Source of the DNA: Peribolospora baueri
Lineage: Eukaryota
NCBI GenBank assembly: GCA_029717555.1
Contig: JAMDHS010000004.1
Coordinates: 186,001-250,000 of the forward strand
Reading direction: 5' to 3'
DNA length: 64,000 nt
Of the stretch, positions 23,501 through 35,393 are shown in pieces. Both the position numbers and the translations under genes were made by a program. The notes beneath the pieces were generated by a model. It saw only the letters and a list, made by a program, of their open reading frames with translations, was not told the origin of the DNA and made no database searches. The first letter of the stretch is position 1, and each line of letters begins with the position of its first letter.

Positions 23501-25835
23501 AACGAATGGATGACACAGGCAGTTCAGCGATGAGAGTCAGGTTATGGAAACGCAGGCCAGGCTTACCTTGGCCCTCTTCTCCCTGATCTCCTCCAACTTT
23601 TCCCTCTCCTCCCCGATCCCTTCGTGTACCTCTACATCAATCTCTCCGACCTCCCCGCTTTGGGCCAGCAGAGCCTTGAGCGTCTCGACCTCCCTGCGAT
23701 ACTTCTCCAGCAGGGCCTTGTCGTCCAATATTACGCTCCTCTTCGCCTTGGTCTCCACGAGCTTGCACTGGCGGCCAAACTTGAGCGTGCTCACGCTCTC
23801 GAGGCCGTGGACGGCCAGGGGGGAAATGGTGATGATGACTGCAATACGGGCGTTGCCGGAGAGAGAGGACTGGAGGAGCCTCGTGAGCTTGGAGTCGCGA
23901 TAGGGGATGTGCTTGACGGAGCTACAAGATGGCGAGAAGGTCAGTACACTGTGTGTTCGATCCGCGGGAAAACTACGAAGAGAATTACAGTCGCCGATGG
24001 CCGAGACAACTCACCCCTTGCTGGTCTCGGTGAGCTTGGAGATGACCGTGGCGAGCGAGAGCAAACTGGCGACAGCGCCGCGGATGATGGGGGAATGACG
24101 GTTAGCGCCCGCCTGCTGTCCGCCATCCAAGAATAAATGGTATGAGCCTTCCTCCGTTCGCTCACCTCTTGTTGATGTGCGAGCCTTCCTTCCTCCGCTC
24201 TGTCTGGCTCGCAGCCCGCTCAGAACCAGCGAGGTCGATGAGATTGAGCTGACTGACGCGCACTTCGCCGCCCGCTTTCCCATACTGGTCCGCGTTGGAC
24301 TTGCCGGGTTTCTGAACACGCTCGCGGGATTCGATGATCTGTTTCACGGAGGCGTAGAAAGAAAAATGACCAATCCAATTCGTGCGTTGGGTGAACGAGC
24401 GAGATCTAGCAAATGAGATCGAGCAGACGCTCGGCACCCACCATAGAGAAGACACAATGGCTCCGACTGCTTCTCTCATTCCAATCCGTCGCACCAACAT
24501 GTCGATTCTTCTCGCCCCTCTGTATGGCCTCCATGACCTGTAACGGCTCAGTAACAACCTCCTCGGCTAGGGGCCGCACATAGATCCTGCCCTTCTCCTC
24601 TCTGATCTGTGGTTGGACGGCCGACGCGGTGCCGGCGGAAGGGGAGAGTAGATCTCGAATCGTCTCGTTGTAGATTTCGAGGTAAGAGACGCGGAGGAGG
24701 AAGATGCGCGAGGGATCCTGCAATCGAAACGAAACCGACGGACGAGTGACACCGACGCAGGAAGGGAAAAGAAAGAAAATCAGCTTGAGCGTAAGAGCTA
24801 AAGCTCAATGTTGCTGGCCACTATAAGAAATGGTGACGCATCGCGACGACGTACCTCATGGATATGATTGAAGACCTGCTCAATAGCGGCAGGAATTACG
24901 CCTGGCTCCTCCTCGGTGCCCGTCATGGTGTACGTCTTTCCGCTCCCAGTCTGTCCGTAGGCAAACACCGTGCCGTTGTAGCCCTCCATGGCCGCTCGAA
25001 CGGTGGGGGCAATTTTCGCTTCATACAGGTCTGAGGTGGGCGTTGGGGGTAGAAGGAGGTGGTCTGTGTTGCCGAGCAGGATTCGGATCGATATAGGAAT
25101 GGTCAATATTGACAAGAACGGCATGTGGATCGAACGAACGTATCGGACGCATGAGTACAGTGAACCATGGAGCCGCCCCACCTAAATAGGAACATGAAGA
25201 CGAAGGGACTCACCGAACCGGAAATCATACACCCCTCCGTCCTCCGTACTATCTTTCGCTGCTGCACCATCCTTGCTCGCCACAGCAGTCGCGGAAGGAG
25301 CAGCGGAACCCGACGTCGCCGCGGAGGCGGCGAAAACAGGTGCTGCTGCACCGTTCTCTCCGTTTCCGAGACCTGCTCGACGTTCGAGGACGGGGTGAGA
25401 AGGGGCGAGGGTGACCCGATTCAGGTCGCGGTTGAAAGACCAGATTTCTGGTTCGTCATTAGACGTCCCCGAGGACGGGCGCAAGCTGCGAAGCGAAGCG
25501 AAGAGTCAAACGACAACATTCAATGAGACCAGTTTCAAAGGCAAAAGCAGCGCTGCGCAACGCGTTCGTGCCAGTTTGTGCTGGAAGGCATGAGATAGAT
25601 GAACTCACCGCAAGCAGACGACGACGTTCTCCTTCTTCCCCCCTTCGCTCTCGCTCTGTGCCCTCGCCCGCTTGCCTTTCCCTTTCGGGTCCAGAGTTGG
25701 AAGGGAGCGAGAGGACGGGAGACGCTCGGGGTCGCAGGAGAACGCGAGGTCTTGGTCGGGAGGAGTGCTCATCGTGCGTGAGAGCGGGGATTGCCGGGAG
25801 GGCGCTCGTGAGGAGTTTGCGGGAGAGTTTGTCAT
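20594..25835 (-). CDS. Kinesin-7 (Kip2/CENP-E-like) motor with long coiled-coil tail, multi-exon; last exon approximate
   Basis: ENVVVCLR|MRP, GYNGTVFAYGQTGSGKTYTM (P-loop), VSYLEIYNE, HVGATDWNERSSRSH, LIDLAGSE, HIPYRDSKLTRLLQ; ~870-aa tail exon, mostly coiled coil. Confidence 0.92.
21104..21216 (-). repeat. Coding tandem duplication with 63-bp period in the kinesin tail
   Basis: SDLSKERSKTPVSSPLS / SDLGKERSKTPVTSPLS; DNA copies at 21104-21153 and 21167-21216. Confidence 0.85.
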
Positions 25836-26452
25836 GATCGGCGAGTGCACAGTGTTGCCGGTAATGCTATATGGTGGCGGGCGTAAACGCTATGAGTAGG
25901 TTAGGCAACGACGATCAGCGCAAGTGCCGGCCGACGGTTGGACCCGACGGCGACTGGGGAGCGAGCTGGAGGTAGGGGGGGGGGGCGAGAGTGTGGGCGG
26001 TGGCAGAAGAAAAAGAGAATGAAATCAGTGCGTGCGTGTCGACGGGCGGTGGAGGACGGTGATGTAGCAAGTAGGACGTAGTGCCTCGGATAGAATCGAG
26101 CTGATAGACGCTTGCTTCGTACATATACATCCCTTCACCCTCTTCCGCCATGGTCGGTAGACCTTCTATCGACCGTCTGCCTGCCCTCAGTGTGCTCGAC
26201 AACAGCCAGGAGCGCGACTCTGGACGCGGGGTACTTCCGAGATCACGTGAATCCTCTTGCCCGCAAGCGTGGGAAGCAGAAAGTGCCATTTTCCCACATC
26301 TGTCCCAACGCGGGCCGGGAATCGAAGCTCGCCGAGGATCAGCGATGGACGTCTGGTTTGGACCGACCGTCTGGCTAACTTCTTTCAAGGCTAGACTACT
26401 CCAGTCCATTCCTCCCATCCCACTCGCCTCCCTAACACCACTTCTCCCCACC

Positions 26453-27367
26453 ATGCCGTCACCAGTGCGGTCGGAGGAGAAGCAGGCCGTTCCCGAGCCG
26501 GACGCCTTCGAGGCTCGCCCCTCCGTGGCCCTCGGCGCTGAAACGGCTCTCAAGAGCGCAGGCGTCGGCTTGCTTGTCTCGGCCGTGCAGAACTCTATGG
26601 AGAAGCACAACAAAGGCGCCATGGGTGTCTTGACTAGGACAGGGGGTACTATTGCTTTCTTTGGTGAGTGAGCGGTCTCCATGTGTTCGACCGGGAACGC
26701 GTTCTATCCTGTCCCACCCTATCCTCGCTGCTTAGTCGCCCAACGTCATGCATGCTCTGTCGGCTCTGATGCTTCATAATGTGCTGTGAGAGGAACGGAA
26801 TGGTGATGAGAGCGTCCTATTTATTATCTCGGATCCCGCACGACACCCAGCCGCGATGGGTGGCATCTTCTCCTTCACCGAGTCCGCCGTCGCCAACTTT
26901 CGGGAAAAGAACGACGCGCTGAATGGCGCTGCCGGCGGTTGCGCCGCCGGTCTCCTCGCTGGTGCCAGGGGTGAGTTTTCAGGAACTCGGTCTTGGAAGA
27001 TGAGGTCGAGAGTTTTTATTATGGAAAGGATTACTTGCTGACGCTTTTCCATGCCTCTCTCATGCCTCTGCGCTTCCCCGCGTTCTCGCTCACTCTCCCC
27101 TCTTCAGCACGCTCGTTCCCCATTATGCTCGCCTCCTGTGCCGCCGTGGGCACGCTCGTTGGTACCTTCGACGCGGCTGGCAAATCACTGGTGGGCTCGC
27201 ACACCAACCCCGACGTGATCGCCCACGCCCAGCAGCACGGAGAGGCCTCCGAGGGTCACGCCGGAGAGGGCCGGCGCCATGGGCGCGAGGAGCGCGAAGC
27301 TCGCAGGGCAAAGTTCTTCAAGAACGGAAAACCGCTCACGGAGCAGGTCTCGCTGTCGGAAGAGTGA
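26453..27367 (+). CDS. Mitochondrial complex I accessory subunit NDUFA11/B14.7 (21.3 kDa; Tim17 family), 3 exons
   Basis: AGVGLLVSAVQNS...GAMGVLTRTGGTIAFF|AAMGGIFSFTESAVANFREKNDALNGAAGGCAAGLLAG. Confidence 0.85.
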
Positions 27368-28093
27368 GGGCCGGGCATATGGGTGTAGAGTTGTGGAGAG
27401 TTGCGGCAGAGGGGTACGGACGGCGGGAGGTGCGACTGTGGTTGCTGTTGTTGTAGGCATCGGACGTGGGAGGATCCGCCTGGACAAGTAGATCTCGCTC
27501 CCGCATGGAACCACATTTCTCATTTCAACTTTATCCACTTTCATGTCCATTGATGCCACCTTGAACTGGAAAGGTCAGCGAGATGAGTTTCCGCTCTTTG
27601 TGGATCTATGCGAAGATACGTTTCGCACCTTCAAAGACTCGCCCTCGTCCAAGTTTCTGTCATGTTCAACTTCGAAGCGAGAAGGCTAACGATTTCCTAT
27701 GCCTACAGAATCCAGGATTGCGAGGCGGAAACGAAGCTCTTCACTCTCTATTCCCTGACGTATTTCCACGCGCCGTGACGACTTGTGCAGGTGGATTTTT
27801 GGAAACGGTCTAAGTAGGACGGAGATGGAAAGCAAGCAGAAAGCGGGAATGGCCTTTTAGAAACGAGAGAGGAATTAAAAAAGTTGAAACTGCAGCATTG
27901 AGGATTCCCGCGTGGTCCCCCACCGCAGCACTGGCTCAACGGTACCATGCTTAGCTTTGCAGATCGGACGGGATGTAGTGCTTTCATGGTCCTATGGCCG
28001 CAGATACCAGAACTGGTCAATGTGGTCATCATACACTCAATTCTTGAGCGCCTTCGACCAGGTAGTCTTGACCGGCACGGGTATCTATCGCCT

Positions 28094-29515
28094 TCATTCG
28101 CAGACCGCCTCGTCAGGCAAATCGCACACAAGCATATGGCCAGGCGAATGTCCGATGACGATCTCCTCCTCCGGCCCTCCCCCATTCCCGTCCACACCCG
28201 CTCCCGCTCCATCCCCGCCGTCCCTCGCGAGCCTCGCGAACGTCTCCATGGCCGCCACCTGAGGCGTCACGCCGCAGCCCCAGAACACGGGCACCTCGCC
28301 TGGGCGGATGGGCACGGGGGAGCCAAAATCTGGAGAAGAGAGCGAGGCGATGCCCAGCGATGTGGCGCTGATTGGGCCCTGAGGGCGAGTGCGTTTGTTC
28401 GCCAACGCGTCATGGGCGAGTAAGGAAAACCGAAAGCATCAGAAAGTGCTTCCGTCTGGAGGGGGCGCCTGGAGAGAAGGAAAAAGGAAAGAACATGGAG
28501 AAGTGAACGAAAAACTCGACTCACCCAAGCGACCGGCTCGCCGTGGGCAGCGATGAATGGCCGGGTGATGTTCCGCACGCGCTCGATATCTTCCGGACGA
28601 TAGGGGCGCATGGAGACGACCATATGGCCGGAGAAGACTGTATGATTTGTCCGATAACGGACCGAAGGTAAAGTACGAGGGTATGCAGTGTGGGTGCGAC
28701 AACCTGTCCTACGTAGCTCCGTAGTTTACCCCAGGTTGATAAAAGCGCGGCTCACCCCCGGAAGGACACAGAGGGATATTGGTCCGGTACATGGGTACGT
28801 TCGTGCCGAGCTCGACATGCCTGGCTTTGCGATCGCGACGTGAAGACGTCAAGAGATCGGGTCAGCGGCCATGAGGTACATAGTTACCTCGTTCAGTTGA
28901 CCGTTGTTAACAATACCAGCGCCAGTGCAGCTCCGTCGCTCACCTAGGCACCAATCCTTCCTTAATGAGCGCCGCCTCGAAACTGAACGAGCATCCGACG
29001 TAGAACGCGCACATCTCATCCGTCCACTCGGCGCGGATGTCCTTCTGGACCCTCAACAGCGCGCCGGATCGGCGCGAGTAGATGTGGTAGCTTGGAAGGT
29101 CCGTGCGCACGTCTGCTGGTCCGTCCTCTGTACTGGCGCTGGTGCTGGCGAAAGTATGAGCGGCGCCCGCCTTCGCGGCGACCTCGCCGCGAACCCCTCC
29201 ACAAAGGCGCTCAGGTACCTTCCACTGCCCCGGGGCGCCTTCCCCAAGCAGTGGACAAGGTACGGGGTTACGTTTGCACAGCCTGCGGAAGTCGTCCGCG
29301 AACCTCGATGGGAGCACGAGCAAGTTTGCCTGCGTCCTCCCCGCGCAGTGGCCCGCCGTCGGGGAGGTGAAGTGGCCGGTGCGGCATGCGGCACGGAGGG
29401 CGGAGGACGAGGTGAAGGATGCCGCCGTGCTCGCGGTGCTAGAGGCAGCGGGGAGACGGTCGTCGCCGCTCCTACTGGCGGAATCAGGGCACGCTACGAC
29501 AAGGGAGGACGCCAT
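28094..29515 (-). CDS. DUF1445/YcsI (UPF0317; D-glutamate cyclase-related putative hydro-lyase) protein, 4 exons
   Basis: [99 protein letters not shown]. Confidence 0.92.
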
Positions 29516-29755
29516 CGTCGGTAAATCGCCTCGTCTGGTCCGCTGGGTGGGATTGAACTGCGTAAAGAAAGGGCGGGACACAGAGTAGGTGAGAGAGAGC
29601 GGAAGGCTCAGAAGGCGAACTTGCGCGATGCTGTGCAGTCAACAGGCTGGTGAATGTGCAGGATGGATCGCCCACAGCGTACACCACCGCATCCACACTC
29701 GGTAGCCGCCTTTGGGTTGAATGCCAAGGGCCGAGCTGATGAATGCGGGGACCAG

Positions 29756-29967
29756 TTATCGGGCGAAGGCGATAAGGGGCGCGCACGTGATGCGAGCTGC
29801 GGGGGCGCTGAGCGAGGATAATGATTTATCCAAGTCCGAGATGCGAATCGACGTTGACCACCTTTCAGCTAGCAACTGCCCCGGAAGGATCGGCTGCTGG
29901 CTGTTGTGCTTGCACATATAACCTCTGGTTGGCGCCGAGATCTCAAAGTCACAGCCGGGAACGATAA
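29756..29967. promoter_or_regulatory. Cluster of five GATAA/TTATC motifs in the divergent DUF1445-MFS promoter (AreA/Nit2-type nitrogen regulation candidate)
   Basis: TTATC 29756, GATAA 29771, GATAA 29817, TTATC 29826, GATAA 29963. Confidence 0.55.
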
Positions 29968-30121
29968 GCAACTTGTGTGGTACAGTGTCACCCTTCGACC
30001 GACTGCAGGTCTTTGCCGGCTAGCTTGGCCCGCCTTCCGAACGAAGATCTAGCGGGCTGTTACGTTCCCCTTTCCTTCACCACCACTTCCTCCCGCCCAC
30101 GCACAATCACCTCCGCCCCAC

Positions 30122-32584
30122 ATGTCCCCCTCCCCCTCGCCAACACCTTCTGAAGCGGGCGAAAAGAAGGCCTATACGTCCGCCGAGCCCACGACGGCCA
30201 AGACAGTCGAGGCAAGAGATGCTGTCGACGAGACTCAGCTTGATTCCAACGCGGCGGTGGAGGCTCAACGAGAGCTGTTTGTAGATCTGGAAGAGGAGAA
30301 AAGGCTATTGAACAAGTTGGACTGGAGGATCGCCCCACTCGTCGGGTTGCTTTATCTCATCTCTTTTCTGGACGTGAGTCGTTGAACCGGATGTACCCTG
30401 CGCATAGGCGGCGCGATGACAATCTTTCAGCACTCGCCATATGGCCCGCACTCATCCACCGTTTCCACGGTCTGTGTTGGTTCACTTCCCTTCCCCACTC
30501 GACGTAGCGGTCCAACATAGGCAACGCCGCTGTCTCAGGCTTGATAGAGTCGCTGCATTTGCATGGCTCGCAGCTCAACGTGGCTACGAGCATATTCTAC
30601 GGTGAGTTGCCAGCTACCCGAAATGTCCGCTCAGTTATCTTAAAGGCCCTTCGTGTGCCGTGGCTGACCCCTGTGCGTCAGTGCTCCGCGCTCCTACCTT
30701 TCTTCATGCCTGGCAGTAACATACGTTACGTTCGAGACGCCGGCCTCTGTGCTGCTGAAAAAGCTGAGACCCAGCAGGATGATCCCCGTCATCGTGATTG
30801 CGTGGGGTGGGTCTGCTATCCTTCTTTGAGCATTTCGTTTTTAGAACCGCCATTCACGCGAAACGAGTTCTCTCTCTGTTCCTTCCCTTCTTCTGCGCGC
30901 ACGCAATCAGGTCTAGTGACCCTATTCTCCGGCTTCATGTCCTCCTACGCCGGATTGGTTGTCACCCGTCTGATCCTCGGCGTCTGCGAGGCAGGCCTTT
31001 TCCCCTGCCTCACCCTCTACCTAACCTCTTGGTATCGTCCTCAGGAGCAAGCGAAGAGGCTCAGCTACTTGTTCGTCGCCGCGGCTATATCGGGGTGAGC
31101 GTTTCAATCATGCTCTCCCGGAGCCATCGGTGGGGAGGGACATGCGAATAGACGTTGGCGGTCTGCGGCTCCGCTAACTACTGTTGAATTCTCTTGCACG
31201 TCACACAGCGCGTTAGGCGGGCTCCTGGCTACCGGCTTGTCCCAGATCCGTGCTGGAGGCAAAGACGGATGGTAAGCAAGGAACAGCGAACATGATTTGA
31301 TTGGTGTAACCCGTTTGCTGGTTGTCCTGATGTCGTTTGTTTGAATCATGGCTATCCTCACGGCCTGCACACCCTTGGACAGGGCCTGGCTTTACATCGT
31401 CGAGGGCATCCTCTCCATCATCGTCGGCTTCGCTACTTTCTTCCTCCTCGCTGATGACCCCGACAGTGCTCGGTACTTGAACGATCGCGAGAAGGAAATA
31501 ATGCGGTGAGGACCGACGTCCCGGGAGACGCAATCGTGCCCGCCTATCAGCCCACAGATTTGGGCGGGCAGTCCCCTAAGGAACAACAGTTCTTCGAATG
31601 CGAACTTTTAATAACACCGCTCTCCGCCTCACCCTTCCACTTCGCCTCCTTCAGCATCCGACAAGCGCTCTCCGCCTCCTATCTTGGCGAGCAGGAGTTC
31701 CGCTGGTCTGAGCTTCGTCGCGCCGCTACCGATCCGAAGGTGTACATCAGCGCTATGTCCCAATTGTGAGTGTCCGGTCAGTGCATGGACTTCTCCTTAA
31801 ATTGCACCGTCATTCTCACGGCATCGTGCGTTTCCTCTCGATATTCTTATGTTTCGCGCTCTTTGCAGCGGTGCCGACGTATGCCTCTTCGGCTTCTCCA
31901 CTTTCCTCCCTCTCATCATCCGCGCTATGGGCTTCTCGGCCGTACACTCGCAATTGCTTACCATCCCCGTCTACGCCTGGTCGGCCGCTGTGTACCTCGC
32001 CCTCTCCGTGCTCTCGGACCGGTACGACATCCGGTTTGCCATCCTCGTGCCGCTCGGGTTTGTTACTTTCATCGGATACATCATCATCATTTCTGTCAAT
32101 TCCATCGGAGTCAAGTACTTTGCCTGCTACCTTATCGGGACGGGTGAGTTGCTGTGGTTTCTGATCCGTTCTCTTTCCTCGACCACGAAACGAGACGAAG
32201 ACCGATGTGTCGTCCATCCCCGCCGCGCCAGGCATCTACGTCACGGTCGGCTTGAACATCGTCTGGCTGAACGTCAACCAGGCGGGGCACTATAAGCGGT
32301 CCATGGCGCTCGGAATAAACCAGTCGGTGGGCAACATGGGCGGCATCGTTGCGGGTCAGATCTACCAGTCCAAGTGGGCGCCGTCGTACCGCACCGGCCA
32401 CGCCGTCAGCCTGGGCGCCATCTCGTTCTCCATCCTCGGCTACTGTTGCATGTACGTCTGGCTGAGGACGCAGAACGCGCGCAAGGCGAGGCTGAGCGAG
32501 GAGGAGAGAAAGGCCAAGGTCGCCGAGGGCGGGGGCGACATCAAGCTGGGCGATTACAGCCCCAACTTTAAATATCGGTGGTGA
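30122..32584 (+). CDS. MFS transporter, anion:cation symporter (Dal5/Tna1-like) family, multi-exon
   Basis: EKRLLNKLDWRIAP...LISFLD|RSNIGNA, RLILGVCEAGLFP...WYRPQEQAKR, WLYIVEG, SDRYDIR, NQAGHYKRS, APSYRTG, GDYSPNFKY. Confidence 0.93.
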
Positions 32585-33212
32585 TCCTCTCCTTCTCTCT
32601 GTTCCTCTCGAAGTAGTCACGGCTCTCCGTCGGCATAGCTTGGTTACTCTATTACCCAAATTCTTACCCATATTTTCCATCGAACCGCTGTCCTCGCGTG
32701 TCGTCCATGCCTGAGCTGAAAGGGAGATTTTGACGCTCGCACTACTCGACTGCTACGTTCCTAAACGAAAGTGAGCCACAGTCCAAACGGGGGATCAGAA
32801 TTTGGAACACTGAGCGGAAGCGGCAACGGTTACGTTGCGACGGCGAGTACCCTGCGGAGGTTTGACGGAGGAAGTCTGCACACCTGACAAGATGTCTCCA
32901 GACATGCTTGCAGGACACACGAATGGATGGCAAGAGGCGAGCAGACGACAGTGGTATGCAAGCCGAGCGGGACATATCACGTGTGGACAGCACGGTTTCG
33001 TCCTGCGTTTCTCTGTCCTCCAACGAATACGTCGTCCTCTAGGAGTCCCATTCTCATCATACGCTGGGCGGCTCGAGATAGGTACGTAAGGAGCATGTAA
33101 TTGGTCGTTATCAGTACAGATGCCGGGAGGCAGACGCGGACGGGGTGGACGGCAAATCGAGTCTCGTATAATAGAAAACGGAGAGAGGTTCGAGGGCTTC
33201 TGAGCATACGCC

Positions 33213-34195
33213 TCATCGAATGGAGGACTGCATTTGCATCACCTCTGACGTGAACGGTAATGGCTGGCTGGGCGAAGCGATCAGGGGAAGGTCTTGGCTG
33301 CGAAAATATTCACGACGAATCCGAATTGGAGGCGAAAGGAAGGAGGAGGGAAGGAAGAGGAGAATTTAGTCAAGATGGTCCTCATCGCGGCGCAAAAGTT
33401 GGTTGGAGGACGTGAAAGCAACTGCGCCCTCCATTTTTCCCTGCCCCACTCACCCTTTCGGCGCGAGAACTTTGATGGACCGGATGTGTGTGTCCTTGCC
33501 GTTCATATGGTTGGAGAGGACGGCGACTTGGATGAGGAACACTTTGAGAGCTCTAGGAGAGGAGAAAGAAAGAAAAGGCAGCATCATAGCGGTGGTTAGA
33601 GAGCCAAAGACGGTGTCGAGCAGAGGCTAACAGGGACGCTTACCCTACACTTTCGTCGGCCTCGGCCTCACCTTCTCCGCTGTCGTCAGATGCGCCCAAG
33701 TCGAAGTCCTGCCATCCTTTGGGGTCGACAAGTTCCCGAACGCACACCTCCTGGAGGTCATGTTGATGTGTTCCGGCTCGAATAGAGATCTTGGACGGCG
33801 TATAGCTGTCGTCAAGGCTCAGGTTGACGTAGATGGACACGCGCTGCGACAGAGCGCCCGGAGAAGACCGGGAGGTAGGTAAGCAGAACTCGACGTCACG
33901 CAGTATTGACGGAGTAGCGGGCAGGAAAAGTTCAACTCACTGCTACAGGCGTACGCTTGGAAAACCGGATATTGACAAAGTGCGGCTGAGCGCCGTCACT
34001 CCTGGGATGGGTCGCAAATGGGGAAGTGAGTCGGTGCGGTGCCAAGTCAGAAAGACGTGCTACTACTACTCACTGCCAGAAGGTGTTCACGACATCATCG
34101 TCACGCAGACAGTCGACCCCCTGTCCGGGTTTGCTCGACGACACGGACCATTCGGCTTGGAAGCCAACGTCCCGGAGCGACGGGGTTGTGGTCAT
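33213..34195 (-). CDS. APC10: Anaphase-promoting complex subunit 10 (Doc1), at least 5 exons; start uncertain
   Basis: [67 protein letters not shown]-terminal IR tail (QSSIR*). Confidence 0.93.
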
Positions 34196-34914
34196 CGGTC
34201 TGACCACCCATGTATGGCCATAGCGGGCGACGCCCCCTCCCACCTACAACCTCGATTGCCGCCCGATTGGTGAAAACGCGAGACTGCGGCGGTGCTCATC
34301 ACGTGACACCAAACCGACCTACTACGCGTGCCACCGGTCGATAGCATGAACAGAGAGGGCATGGCCTGAGTGGACCAGCAGGGAAGAATGCGAGGAGAGT
34401 GAGATACAGGTGGACGTTGTTCATCGTAAAGTTAAACTCGAATGACTCGGTCGGTTCGCACTCTCTGCCACCCTCTGCCACCCTCTGCCCACCACACCTG
34501 GCCGCTTGACCCTTGTCCTTGTCGGCCTCGGCAAGCAAGCACGCTGCCAAGCGATTGGGCGCCGGAGATATCGGCCGGAGGCGGAGCCTTCTGTCGCGCC
34601 GGCGCGAGGAGATGAGACCTCGGCGACGCGTTCCGTGCTTCCGTGACACCTTCCCATGTCTCATCCACCACGGGCCGCACAAGTGGAGGCGACGTGGAGG
34701 TGACGTGGCGACGACGCGCGTGCACCCACCGGCGGCCTTAGAACAGGATATGTCGGCGCACGCAGACAAAGGAAGAGCGAGCCCAGTCATCCGCAGCTCG
34801 AGTCACGCCGTCTAACCGCCGGCGGGCGTCTGGTAAGTGGAGCGTTGACTCGACGGACGGACGGTAGCTTGGCTTGGCCAGCCCAGCGCATGCCATGCTT
34901 TGCCACCGCAAATC

Positions 34915-34952
34915 TTCTCGATCGAGAAAAAAGATCGATTTTTTCTCGATCG
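34915..34952. repeat. Perfect 14-bp inverted repeat (6-nt spacer) with overlapping 14-bp palindrome
   Basis: cgatcgagaaaaaa-gatcga-ttttttctcgatcg at 34919-34952; ttctcgatcgagaa at 34915-34928. Confidence 0.85.
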
Positions 34953-35393
34953 CACTTTTTTCCGTCGGAATCGTCTCCCGCTTCCTATCTCCCATCCTTC
35001 CTCCGCTCAGCCGACCTTAACGCCGAGCACCGTCCATGTCGTCAAATTAAAAAAAGCGTCTCGCGCTCTTCGCACCCGCTCGCTCCTCCTCATCTTCCCT
35101 CCTACTACCTCCCCCTTCCTCATCCTCCTCCCTCACCTGCGCCTCCACAGGTTGCTGGGCGAGAAAAACTCCCACCTATAGGTGGTGAAACGGGCAGAAG
35201 GGGACTGAAACGGCGCGGCTCGTTCTCTCTCACAGGAATCGATTTGCTCTCCCGCCTCCGCTCTTTTTTCCGCTCACCAATCGCTGTCTGGCTTTCCCTC
35301 TGCTTTCTCCATTCGGCCTTCACGCCGGCTTAAGATACATCGCACCCTTCCCACTGCCAGAGTCTATACGCCTATTCGCGACGTCCACCGATC

